The notes beneath the pieces are model-generated. The model searched no databases and had not been told where the DNA came from. It saw only the letters and a list, made by a program, of their open reading frames with translations. This document shows positions 39,701-49,659 of a stretch of 64,000 nt of DNA, in pieces. The translations under genes and the position numbers were made by a program. This stretch comes from Octopus sinensis (Eukaryota): NCBI RefSeq assembly GCF_006345805.1, contig NC_043017.1, positions 7,688,001 to 7,752,000 on the forward strand, read 5' to 3'. Numbering within the stretch: position 1 is the stretch's first letter; each line of letters begins with the position of its first letter.

Positions 39701-42700
39701 GTTAAAAATCTGATCTTTTTCCGTAGACCTCTTAAACAGTTTAGTTGTGTTTTCTTTATAATATAGCTAACTCATTGGTTTTAATGCACGGATTTTGTCT
39801 TACTGCTCCCTATATTCTCTGCATGCATAACACCAACTAATGTTTATTTTTGTCTCTTTTTCAGATAACAATGAGTTTGGTCTAAGTTTATACAACTGGT
39901 TCAAAACTTTCCTCTCTGAGCTTATTGTTCTTGGTCGCTTTTGTCTTGTCGATGGTCACCCAGCTTTCCAGCGAGTGGTGCATGATCGATTGGTAAGTTA
40001 ATAGTTTATCTATTTATTACTCATTTAAATAAATGTATTGTGAAGAAACGGACTTCTTTATACATTTTGATGCCAACCTGCTTACGACCACCCCTGGTTG
40101 TAGGTTTTTAAGGTATTTTGAATTAAAATCTTCCATCAAATATTTCATCATTTTAACATCCATTTTTCTATGGCTGGATGCCCTTCCTGCCACCAACTCC
40201 CACCTGTTTACATGTAAGGTGATATTTCCCCCCCATGACCAGATATGTTTCTTCATGAAAGACTCTGCTTGGATGATACTGACATTCACTTACAATTATC
40301 ATGCAATGTCAAAGCAAGAAGATAGTAACACTCACACATACACGATGGGCTTCTTTCAGTTTCTGTCTACCAAATCCACTCATAAGGCTCTGGTCATCCC
40401 AGGGCTATAGTCTTCTATAGGCACAGAGTGGGATTGAACCAGAAGCCATGTGATTGAGAAGCAAACTTCTTACCCCACCACCAGCCTTGTTAAAATATGT
40501 TCCAAACCCCTATTTAATAGTGACAAAAGTTGTTACTAAATTCTTCATTCTTTTGAAAACGGAAACAAAGGTAGTGTTATTTCTGTGCGTGGACGGGATG
40601 CTGAAGGACAAAAAGCTGAATGGACATAATGCCAAATGGACATAAAGCCGAACAAACACAATAATAATGAAAAAAAAAAAAAATTCCTACTTTCATAGTT
40701 TAATGACCAATTCACCAATTGGTACTTAAGATTTAACGAGATCAAATTATAATTTTCGTATGCCTTTTTGGCATCTTGTCCATTTGGCTTCTTGGCATCG
40801 GTTTCTTGTCCTTCGGCAAATGTGCACTTGGCATCCCATCCGCTTACCGTCATTTCAACAGAAATATGGTAAGAAAAGTGCAAGATATTGTTTGATGCGT
40901 GATGTTGACCACTTGACCAGGTTGCAGTTAATTCATCCTGTGGTCATTCTCTTTTTCCAGCAACATTTGACCAATGGTATCAATGTAATGATGCAGCAGT
41001 CCCTAATTACCATGGCAACACTACAGCTAAACGGTTTCCACCCTCAGCAGACTGAGAGCGACATTCAACACTACATTGCTTGGAAAGATTCTGCTTCTGC
41101 AGCGAATAAGGAATCTGCGAAACCAACTCCACCAGAGGTGACGGCAGCGACGGCCGTTCCTGAGGTTGTTGAAAGTGAAGCAGCATCCCCTATGGAAGTA
41201 GATTCAGAAACTTCAGCAACATCTCAAGTAAGAGTTTGTTTTTATTTTTAGTGTCAGACCTTCAATGTAAGTAGAGTGGCTTAGGTATTGCGGGTGTTCG
41301 ACTCGTGATCATGGTTTCAATTCCTGGACTGGGCAATGCATTGTGTTCTTGAGCAAAATACTTCATTTCACGTTGTTCCAGTCCACTCAGCTGGTAAAAA
41401 TGAATAATCCTGCAACAGACAGGAATATATACATATATATATATAGGCGCAGGAGTGGCTGTGTGGTAAGTAGCTTGCTTACCAACCACATGGTTCCGGG
41501 TTCAGTCCTACTGCGTGGCACCTTAGGCAAGTGTCTTCTACTATAGCCTCGGGCCGACCAAAGCCATGAGTGGATTTGGTAGATGGAAACTGAAAGAAGC
41601 CCGTCATATATATATATGTGTGTGTGTGTATGTCTGTGTGTCTGTGTTTGTCCTAGCATTGCTTGACAACCGATGCTGGTGTGTTTATGTCCCCGGCAGA
41701 AGAGACCGATAGAATAAGTACTGGGCTTACAAAGAATAAGTACGGGGGTCATGTTGCTCGACTAAAGGCGGTGCTCCAGCATGGCCGCAGTCAAATGACT
41801 GAAACAAGTAAAAGAATACATATACATACGCTAGAGAAACTGACCCTGTGCTCTTTATGGAATAATGTGGACTGACCTACCTTCATTGTAAGCTACCCAA
41901 TAATTAGAGGTTTACCTGCTGTGACTGTCGTGTCTTTTAAGACCTCAAGTAGCTAGGATTTACAGGGCTTAGATCAACTAAGTATATGGTAAACGCACTT
42001 GACTGAGATGTTACACTTTGGAGTCTTATTTGGTACCTCATGGTTATGATTAAAGTTGTTGCAGCTATGATTATCCTGTATAGTGGTTACGGTATTCGAC
42101 TCACAATTGTAAGGTTGTGAGTTCGATTCCTGGCAGCTTGTTGAGTCCTTGAGCAAGACACTTTATTTCGTGTTGCTCCAGTCCACACATCTGGCAAAAA
42201 TGAGTTGTACCTGTACAAGATGGTATCAAAAGTTCCCCAGACTAGTTCTATAGCACACGGTTGTGTGCACAATGAGACTTAGCAGTGACCTTCCGAAGGC
42301 AGTGTGCCAAGTGACATTGCTGTGTTTATTTCACAAGTTGTGAAATTTGTGCTTTTGTGATCACATGTAAGGCTGTATTCATTGATTTTTGTCATGGACA
42401 GCAAATTGCAACAAAGAGCCAACATGAAATTTTGCATTTAAGTTGGGAAGTCTGCTACAGAGACATTGAACATGCTTTGACAAACTTACAGTGATGAGTT
42501 GTACGCAATGTTTTGAGTGGCACGGATGCACAGCAGAGCCGCAACTCAATCAAGAGCATGCTCATTGTTTTTTTTTACATCCTTGGTATTGTACATCAAG
42601 AATTCACCCCCACCCCGGATCAGACTGTCAATTGAGAGTTCTACTGTGATGTTTTGAAGTGTTTGAAGGAGGATATTTGGCAAAAGGAACCGAGTCTGTG

Positions 42701-45700
42701 GAGCATGAAGAAGAATTGGATTCTTGACGACAACAATGCACCCTGTCTTCGAGCTCTCCTCATCTGTGAGTTTCTCACCAAAAACATGGTATCACTTCTG
42801 CACCCACCCTATTCACCAGATTTAGCACCTGCTGACTTCCATCTCTCACCCAAAATGAAAATGTAGCTCAAAGGTTGCCGTTTTAACACTGTTGTGAAGA
42901 TCAAGAGTGAATCGCAGAAGGTCTTTGATTCGCTTTTGGAAAATGACTTCCAGACTGGATTCCAAAAATCGCAGGAATGTTGGGACCGGTGTATTGTTGT
43001 GCAAGGAGATGATATTAAAATTTAGATAAGTTATTTTTTATTAAACATAACTAGTCTGGGAACTTTTCGATACCACCTCATATTTCAAAGGGCTGGCCTT
43101 GTCACATTCTGTGTCTCACTGAATCTCCCTGAAAACTACATTAAGGGTATGTGTGTCTATTTGGTGAGAATAGCTTTCTCTCGCATTATCTGAAAGCTAC
43201 AAGATTTTTATACATTGGTGAGAGGCTGGATCTGAACAGGTAGAATATTTGGGCTGGATTACTGCCAGTTTAAAGGATTAAGGATTAACCCTTTAACCTT
43301 CATATTCCTTTGTCAAATGAATTGATTATTTATTCACATTTTAAAAAATTAATCACGCATTATCTTGAAGCTTTGATTTCAATGGTGTGTTTGTTATATT
43401 TTTAGAATGACATTGTCAGATAGGTGTGATAGGTTGGATCTGGTCAGCTTGAACATAAAACAAGTAGAATATTTGGGATGGATATGGCTGGATTTAATGT
43501 TTTAGAGATAAACTATGATGACGACCTTAACAGTAAACTGCATTAGTTTCATTTTGTCATCTCTATATAAATATATTATTTTGCTTTCTGTTACAGAAAC
43601 CTAAAAATGTTCAATGCATCCTTATGTTTAGTCTAATGTGTGTACATGTGGTATAGTTAGCTATTCAAGACTGGCTGTCTGAAACCTTCACATGCAATCC
43701 TGGTTAGAGGGTATAGATGACCATCATACATTCTATCCTACCTGTCTATAACAACTGACTTGGATCATGATGCTTACATATATCATCATCATCATCATCA
43801 AGTTCTGAACAATACATGAATAAATGTGTATATATTACTAATTTGAATCATTGAACTGTGGCCATACTAGAACCGCCTCCAAGGGTTTTTGTTTATCGTA
43901 TTTCCCACATTTCTTATTTTATTGAACTAAATGAATGCAATAATACATGTGCAATCTTCCACACAGTTTCTATCTGCCAAATTCCACTCCCAAGGCATTA
44001 GTCCACTCATACTTCCAGTAGCCTGCATATATATATTTAGCACTTTGTTCAGTCTTGCTGTCAAGAATTGGTGCGTTTTTGTCAATATTTTAATGATGCC
44101 GACCCAAGAGGATTCTGTCAATTGCTTTGTTCTTTGCAGGCGACTAATATTAGTAAACCCGACACTACTACTACTAAAAATAAAGAAAGCAAACCTAAGT
44201 TGGTTAATGGTGTGAACAGTGCGGAGACTTCTACTACTTCTGCTACTACTACTACTACTAGCGCTGCAACTGTACCCCTTACTCTTGCTGTGGAACAGAC
44301 TAATGCTGCTGCTCCTACCACTACAAGTAATGGAGATGACTGGTGCAGTGTAGTTCCAGCTGTAAGTGCTATTTTTTCTCCCCCTTCTAAATTTTCAACG
44401 TTTTGTCTCCAATCCTCGATTATTGCAATTTCATAAATCTGTTCACGTGTATTCTGTAGGAACATTCGCAGTTGAATGATTGATACATGGTATAAACAAA
44501 ACAAAACAAATAAAAAAAAAACCCTGCTGTATTCCTTTGATGATGATTAGCAAATATTCATGTTTTCAGAACCATGCAACTATTAGAGAAAAAGAAATGC
44601 ACTTTGGTGTGTAATGTTGCACCATTCCTGCATATCTTATGAGAAACTGCAGATCAGTCATGGGCAAACTGTCCCACAGCACTTTTCGAACAGTGTGCCC
44701 TGCCTTATACTGAAGCATGTCTTATGTGGTTTGCTTAGTCTGGCCATGCTTCCTGTAGACAAAATGGTGTTAAAAAAAAAAAGGATTTGTTTTTTGAGAA
44801 ATTCCTTGCCTTTAGAATGGCTGAATTTAGTGTCTGTCATCTGCAATCCATGTGGTCCCTGCTGCATTACCTCCACACATTAGTAACATACAAAACCCCA
44901 CATTACGTTTATTGTTCTTTAAACCAATATTTCACTGGGTTTCTCACTGAAAGCCTGTCTGCTCCCCCCCCCCATCTCCCCTAACATTATCAGAAGAACC
45001 ATGATTTCCTCTCCATTGACTTCTGACTCTGTCTACAAGGCCACATTAACCTACAGGGATTAAAATACCACATTAGACCTTATCGTTCAGAACATGTCTG
45101 TAGGAAGTAGATCTATTCTTAAACACCAATGTATAGAAATGAATTTTTATTTTCTATATAAGCTAAATATTTAGAAAATTTTAACGTCAATTTTTGGTTT
45201 TTAAAAATGAATCTGCTTCTTTTGTTATTTTCCAGGAATGGGTTCCTATAATCAGGCAAGACATCCAACATCAAAGACGCCAGAATCCTCAGACACCATT
45301 CAGCGATGCATATTTAAGTGGAATGCCAGCTAAGCGCAGAAAGGTATGTAAAATATTATCTAATTACCATATTTGATGGCATATAAGATACCCCCTCATC
45401 TCGATGTCTCATAAAAATCACCCCACATCCTATATTACATGCTTTAATGAACTCCCCCCCTTTTATTGAAATTAGGTTGCATCTAAGATACCTTCAAATT
45501 TCAGTGTTTTTTTTTGTTTTCTATTGTAAACTACAGGGTGTCCCAGAAGTCACTGATGGGTTTCAATTTTTAATAATTTCCATAACTTTACAAATAAATG
45601 CATGAAATTTCGATGCAATATAAAGGACATAATGGAAATTAATATACAAAAGTCAAATTTTGCAACACCACTACAGATGAAAAATTACATTGCTTAAATG

Positions 45701-47831
45701 GCAGCCATTTTTGGCTTCATACACCCATGCTCTTTCCAAGACTTGCACCATAACACCCTCAAGAGTTTCAGACCCCACTTCTAATGTTCTCCTTCTGTTG
45801 CACTAGGGTCTCCGGTTTGTTGACATAAACCCTCTCTTTCAGGTATCCATGATTCAGACCTTTTTGCACCTGCCCATTCAAAGTAGACTTCACATATGTT
45901 TCCAGCAAGATGGGTCAACTGCTCATACTGCAAGAGAAACAATGCAGTTGCTATGGCAGTGCTTTAGAGAGAGAATAATCTCCCGCTATGGCAATGTCAA
46001 CTGGCCTTCACGTTCCCCAGACTTGACTAGCTCAGATTTTTTTTTTTGTGTGGGGATACTTGAAAGAGAGGGTTTACATCAACAAACCAGAGACCCTGGT
46101 GCAAATTGAAGGAGAACATCAATAGAAATTAGAGAAATGGGGTCTGAAACTCGAGGGTGTTATGGTACAAGTTTTGGAAAGGGCACGGTTATGCGAAGCC
46201 GAAAATGGCTGCCATTTTTCCTATGTGATGTAGTGGTGTTGCAAAATTTGACTTGTGCATATTAATTTCCATTATGTCCTTTATATTGTATCAAAATTTC
46301 ATGCATTTATTTGTAAAGTTAAGGAAGTTGTTAAAAATTAAAACCTATCAGGGACATTTCGGATAACCTGTATAAATTGTTATAAACACCAGAGCTGTCT
46401 GTGGTCAATGCTATGCTGAGAGATCCAGTATTCTGTTAAAACCAATTGCTTAACATACTTTGGTGCAAAAGTTCCAACTAAATGCTAATAAATTAAGGAT
46501 CAAATAGTTAATATCCAAGCACTCCTATTAGTAAAGTACTTAGTTATAAATAGGTACCATACTGACTATAGTGTAGATAATAATAAAGAAAATAGACAGC
46601 ACTAGTCACATTCTTCTATGTAGGTGTTGTCTCACCTCATGTATTCAGCTATTATTGGACATAAAGTATGAAATGGGCCTTTCTGTTGAAATTGTAATTG
46701 ATATGCTGATATCATTGGATAGTTTGAAATGTGTAAATACTACCATTTGAAACACACACATACTTTACTAGTTTTCAGTCTTGACAGGACATCACCTTCA
46801 AGGGTTGTAGACAAACTTACCAACCTCAGTGGATTTGATTGGATTGCCCATGTTCAGTCGATTGCAAGACAAAGGCCTCAGTATGTTCTCTCCATGGTCT
46901 GAAGTGTAGACTGTGAATTTGAACTTGAGATCATACTGGTTTGATGAGGCTACTCTACCACACTGGTTTGTGCAGTTTTCATACTCATACCCAGGAGTAA
47001 AGTCGATTACATTGCCCCTGTGCTCAACTGAGACTTATTTTATTGATACAATTTGGTTCTGCACAATTTTTATCTACCAATCTCACATGGTGTCACTCAG
47101 CAATACCACAATGCTCTAATTTTGTCCCACACTGTATCCATCACATAGGTAACGAAGCGGAATGAAACAAGTTGTGTTCTTGCCTGGCTCAGTTACTAAT
47201 GAAATTGCTGTAACCAGCGAGACAAGAGTAGTTTTAACTTCACTTAGTGTTCACTATTTAACCCTTTAGCTTTCGAATTATTCTATCAAATGTAATGTTT
47301 ATTTATTCCAATTGTTTTGAATTAATCTTGCAACTTTGAGATTTTCATGATGTGATTGCTTATTTTTAGAATGACATTGTAGGGTAGGTGTGAGAGGTTG
47401 CATCTGGCTGCTTTGAACATAAGACTGGAAAGAATAATATTTAGGCCAGGTATGTTTGGTTTGGGTGCTAAAGGGTTAAGTTTAAACCATTACCTGTTCT
47501 TAAATGTTCTCCTCAATTCAGTTTGATCATGTCTAGCATATTGAAACTTTGTTTGTTTCAGATGAATCCTGGTAAAGCAACCAACTTAAGTGAGGTGTCA
47601 GAATTTGTACCCGATTCACTGAAGAAAGCTGTAGCCTCAGCTGGAGTTGAACCACTAAGCAGTTTAGAAAATTTATCAACTGAGGCAGCTCGTGACAGCA
47701 TATTACATTCAGCTTTTGAGGACCAGATGTGTAATAATGTGTTGCAGCGGATACACTTGGACTCTGACTACAATCCAGAAATGTTCCCTAACATAGAAGA
47801 ATATTTCAAAAAACAACGGAAAAGCAAATGA
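17625..47831 (+). CDS. BAG6: Large proline-rich protein BAG6 (BAT3/Scythe), 22 coding exons, about 1343 aa
   Basis: N-terminal ubiquitin-like domain [14 protein letters not shown]...[39 protein letters not shown]. Conserved [19 protein letters not shown] and IDPYLPC blocks. C-terminal [14 protein letters not shown]...[16 protein letters not shown] (NLS) and [16 protein letters not shown] (BAG-similar). All 21 introns are GT-AG with compatible phases; total 4032 nt, open to TGA at 47829-47831. Extra frame-neutral exons cannot be excluded. Confidence 0.96.
17859..17900 (+). CDS. BAG6: BAG6 coding exon 2
   Basis: ttttacag / [14 protein letters not shown] / gtaagt. Confidence 0.93.
19004..19079 (+). 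CDS. BAG6: BAG6 coding exon 3
   Basis: ctttttag / [25 protein letters not shown] / gtaagt, phase 1. Confidence 0.95.
19956..20143 (+). CDS. BAG6: BAG6 coding exon 4
   Basis: tttttag / [17 protein letters not shown]...ILDPNQVQ / gtaagt. Confidence 0.93.
20183..20596. mobile_element. Nested pair of piggyBac-like MITEs (inner copy 20247-20452 inverted)
   Basis: TTAA-flanked inner copy interrupts an outer copy of the same family. Confidence 0.7.
21242..21313 (+). CDS. BAG6: BAG6 coding exon 5
   Basis: cccctcag / [24 protein letters not shown] / gtaaat. Confidence 0.9.
21847..21981 (+). CDS. BAG6: BAG6 coding exon 6
   Basis: tttcag / [14 protein letters not shown]...LSRLE / gtatgt. Confidence 0.92.
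22589..22734 (+). CDS. BAG6: BAG6 coding exon 7
   Basis: gttgtag / NPSANSNQQ...SNSQGP / gtttga, phase 2 matching exon 8. Confidence 0.85.
24451..24577 (+). CDS. BAG6: BAG6 coding exon 8
   Basis: ttctgtag / [28 protein letters not shown]...SEQ / gtaggt. Confidence 0.93.
25393..25596 (+). CDS. BAG6: BAG6 coding exon 9
   Basis: ctttcag / [20 protein letters not shown]...SPPRHLH...IPVN / gtaagt. Confidence 0.93.
26050..26480 (+). mobile_element. RTE-type LINE ORF2 C-terminal remnant
   Basis: [25 protein letters not shown]...PKTILQG...[13 protein letters not shown]. Confidence 0.85.
26623..26901 (+). CDS. BAG6: BAG6 coding exon 10 (S/T-rich)
   Basis: ttttaccag / GQYRIPGG...STSSSQ / gtaatt, 93 open codons. 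Confidence 0.85.
26960..27500 (-). mobile_element. RTE-type LINE 3' remnant
   Basis: [28 protein letters not shown]...RPRT on the reverse strand. Confidence 0.7.
28356..28536 (+). CDS. BAG6: BAG6 coding exon 11
   Basis: cctgcag / TTTAQTSS...[22 protein letters not shown]...SSM / gtaagg, phase 1. Confidence 0.87.
29526..29709 (+). mobile_element. 5'-truncated RTE 3' UTR copy
   Basis: Near-consensus copy ending ggacgttaaatgatgatgatgatg. Confidence 0.85.
29821..30326 (+). CDS. BAG6: BAG6 coding exon 12 (poly-Ser; [12 protein letters not shown])
   Basis: tttttccag acceptor, open frame shared with ORF 29883-30386, gtgaga donor. Confidence 0.9.
30383..31352. repeat. Minisatellite, 27-31 bp unit (TTGATCATTACATCTTGTATCCTTCCTTCT), about 32 copies
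   Basis: Directly visible; explains all overlapping ORFs at 30334-31473. Confidence 0.97.
31451..31553 (+). CDS. BAG6: BAG6 coding exon 13 (alternative end 31547)
   Basis: ctcccag / [19 protein letters not shown]... / gtaaga (or gtgaga 6 nt earlier), phase 1. Confidence 0.83.
31876..32299 (-). mobile_element. Full-length young tRNA-headed SINE
   Basis: Reverse complement starts ggcgcaggagtggctgtgtggtaagtagc...ccgggttcagtcccactgcg and ends gactgaaacaagtaaaagagt; CpGs retained; matches 41446-41818. Confidence 0.9.
32898..33139 (+). CDS. BAG6: BAG6 coding exon 14
   Basis: gttgtag / [12 protein letters not shown]...[13 protein letters not shown] / gtaagt. Confidence 0.88.
33700..34100 (-). mobile_element. 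RTE-type LINE 3' remnant
   Basis: [23 protein letters not shown] and [12 protein letters not shown] on the reverse strand. Confidence 0.8.
34832..35177 (+). CDS. BAG6: BAG6 coding exon 15
   Basis: cctgcag / RSTASGG...[19 protein letters not shown] / gtgagt, phase 1. Confidence 0.92.
35798..36021 (+). CDS. BAG6: BAG6 coding exon 16
   Basis: ttgttag / [34 protein letters not shown]...KAIV / gtaagt. Confidence 0.94.
37006..37108 (+). CDS. BAG6: BAG6 coding exon 17
   Basis: atcctag / [23 protein letters not shown]...ESE / gtgagt. Confidence 0.92.
37178..37589 (+). mobile_element. RTE 3' UTR copy with four tandem 63-76 bp units
   Basis: Units start at 37178, 37254, 37317 and 37380, followed by the standard core and (GAT)n tail. 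Confidence 0.9.
38112..39701. mobile_element. piggyBac-like MITE split by a 1365-bp insertion (38313-39677)
   Basis: TTAA-cccttcagc start, gctaaaggg-TTAA end; ATAACT duplicated at 38307-38312 and 39678-39683. Confidence 0.85.
38566..38686 (+). promoter_or_regulatory. Core Pol II promoter-like arrangement inside the intron 17 insertion
   Basis: CCAAT 38566, ACTTCCGGT 38636, TATAAATA 38652, TCATTC Inr 38681 (TATA at -31 from the Inr A at 38683). Confidence 0.5.
39865..39992 (+). CDS. BAG6: BAG6 coding exon 18
   Basis: tttttcag / [13 protein letters not shown]...RFCLVDG...VHDRL / gtaagt. Confidence 0.92.
40961..41227 (+). CDS. BAG6: BAG6 coding exon 19
   Basis: tttttccag / [15 protein letters not shown]...SATSQ / gtaaga. 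Confidence 0.9.
41446..41818 (+). mobile_element. tRNA-headed SINE (same family as 31876-32299)
   Basis: ggcgcaggagtggctgtgtggtaagtagc...gactgaaacaagtaaaaga. Confidence 0.9.
42216..43080 (+). mobile_element. Defective mariner (DD34D-type) element nested in a SINE
   Basis: About 30-bp TIRs, TA duplication, [18 protein letters not shown] and [13 protein letters not shown]...KMK..LKG.RF; stops and a deletion. Confidence 0.92.
44140..44361 (+). CDS. BAG6: BAG6 coding exon 20
   Basis: ctttgcag / ATNISKP...[10 protein letters not shown] / gtaagt. Confidence 0.92.
45236..45343 (+). CDS. BAG6: BAG6 coding exon 21 (NLS)
   Basis: tttccag / [36 protein letters not shown] / gtatgt. Confidence 0.97.
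45534..46370 (+). mobile_element. Internally deleted DD41D (rosa-type) Tc1/mariner element with about 315-bp inverted arms
   Basis: TA-cagggtgtcc...ggataacctg-TA; spacer encodes [11 protein letters not shown]...[14 protein letters not shown] with 41 residues between the second and third catalytic Asp. Confidence 0.88.
47262..47475. mobile_element. piggyBac-like MITE, 214 bp
   Basis: TTAA|CCCTTTAGC ... GCTAAAGGG|TTAA. Confidence 0.85.
47562..47831 (+). CDS. BAG6: BAG6 terminal coding exon 22 (BAG-similar domain)
   Basis: tgtttcag / MNPGKAT...[28 protein letters not shown]. Confidence 0.95.
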   Translation: MNPGKATNLSEVSEFVPDSLKKAVASAGVEPLSSLENLSTEAARDSILHSAFEDQMCNNVLQRIHLDSDYNPEMFPNIEEYFKKQRKSK

Positions 47832-49112
47832 CTAATTTAGAAATTTGTACCAGGTGAATTGTAAAAAAAAAAACAAAAAAAGTTTCTCATCATTATACCA
47901 ATAAGCTGCTTGGCTCTAAAACAGACTTACGTTATTTAATTTTAGTATTGATTGATTTTATTCCTAAAAACATTTTTTTTATATATATTTCTCAACTTCC
48001 TGAATCTTTTGAATTCAATGTGTGCATCAATTAGATCCCTTGAACATTTGATACAGGCCACCACAACCAACCACCACCACCACCACTCTCTTTAGTAGTG
48101 GTTGCTTTACAAAAGCAGAAATGAATTTCAGTGAATATTTCCAATGTGATTGTAATAAATGTTATGTTGGTGGCCCACTTTGTGTTTTACTGTATAGCAA
48201 AATAGTCGAGTGAATTCTGCTGGGTGCATGTGTGTGTAAATACAGATTTCACATAACCCCTCCACCCCCTCTGCACTGAACAATAACAACTACCCAAGCA
48301 TTTATTCGAAATTAATTTTAGACATAAATGTAGTTGATGGTTTATGAATTACAGTTTTAGATCATGATTCTGTATCATTATTATTCAATCTCCCTCACTC
48401 CCTGTTTCTCATAAGTAATGTCAGAAGCAGTCTATAATATCTTAAAATCTTTAATATTTAATTGATGTCTTCCTGAAGAAAAATGGGAAAAGTTGCAGTC
48501 CTGCCCGCTCTCCCTTTCTAATTCTTAAACTTAAGGAATTTAGGACAACTTAAAACTCCCTTTCCACTGATTTGAAAAATTATTTTCCAGTGCCACTCAC
48601 TTTCAATTGTTTTATACAGATATCCAAACGTATTTCTTTGTACAGAATGAAAATATTTCGGTCACTTATACAAGTTTTGATATAAAGTTAAAATGTCACA
48701 CCCCACCCACCCAATATGGCCCAAACCAACCAACCAACCAGTCTTTGGTCCCCATTTCTTGCTAGATGATATTCACACCCTGCTATTAATAATAATAATT
48801 CCTTTCGTTGCATTGAAATTTTGCATGTTTGCTTTACCAAAAAAGAAAAAAAGAAATTGTGCCTCTCCTCAGTCTTCAACTGTACATAAGATTATGGTTA
48901 TTAGACACAGTAACAATGTCCAGTATGTCGATGATGAGGATGAAGTATTTAGTAATCAGTTTGATTTTTTTGTGATGAGGAAACCCCTTTGTAAATACTG
49001 GGCCAACTTTTGTCTCATATCAGCTTTCAGCAATGTATGACGGCTTACCATTTAAAAAAGAAATCTCTCTCTATATATATATATATATACAAAAGTGCTA
49101 ATTAATATAGTA

Positions 49113-49118
49113 AATAAA
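49113..49118 (+). terminator. Candidate BAG6 poly(A) signal (alternative at 48154)
   Basis: AATAAA with a downstream U/GU-rich tract. Confidence 0.45.
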
Positions 49119-49569
49119 ACTTGTCACAAACTTCCAAGTCTTTGATTTCAGACAAGACGCTACACGATACATCCTACATTCTTTTTTTCCGTGTGTGTCT
49201 GAGGAGGCTCTTTCAATTTTCATGTCTTGTGATTTGACTGTTAAAATATTTTTAATGCATCTACATCTCTTTCATGGAATAGAATATTGATTGTTTGAGA
49301 AATCCCAACCAACAAAAAGTACTCTCAACACAGGAACCATTAGCTTTGACCTAAGAGTCTTAAAAAAAATGACCACACAAATTGGATAATGAAATCTTGT
49401 ATACATACACACATAGAGGTTGGTTACTATGGCTGGAACAATTTTTTTTGTCAGAGTTGGCCTGGGGCCAAACAAGCCCTTACATTTTCAAAGGTCTGTT
49501 TTAACATAATGGATTCTCTCCCAGTAAAAGGAACGTATGCAATCAAAGGTATATTTTTATCAAAACATT

Positions 49570-49659
49570 TTATTTATTTAACTTAACAAACTGTGAATGG
49601 TACTGAGCAAATGTTTCGGCCACAACTAATGGGAAGATCAACGTAGCATCACCACAAAC
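49570..49659 (-). CDS. DHPS: DHPS terminal coding exon 8
   Basis: ttcctcttag / [29 protein letters not shown]. Confidence 0.95.
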   Translation of the reverse strand, partial: VCGDATLIFPLVVAETFAQYHSQFVKLNK

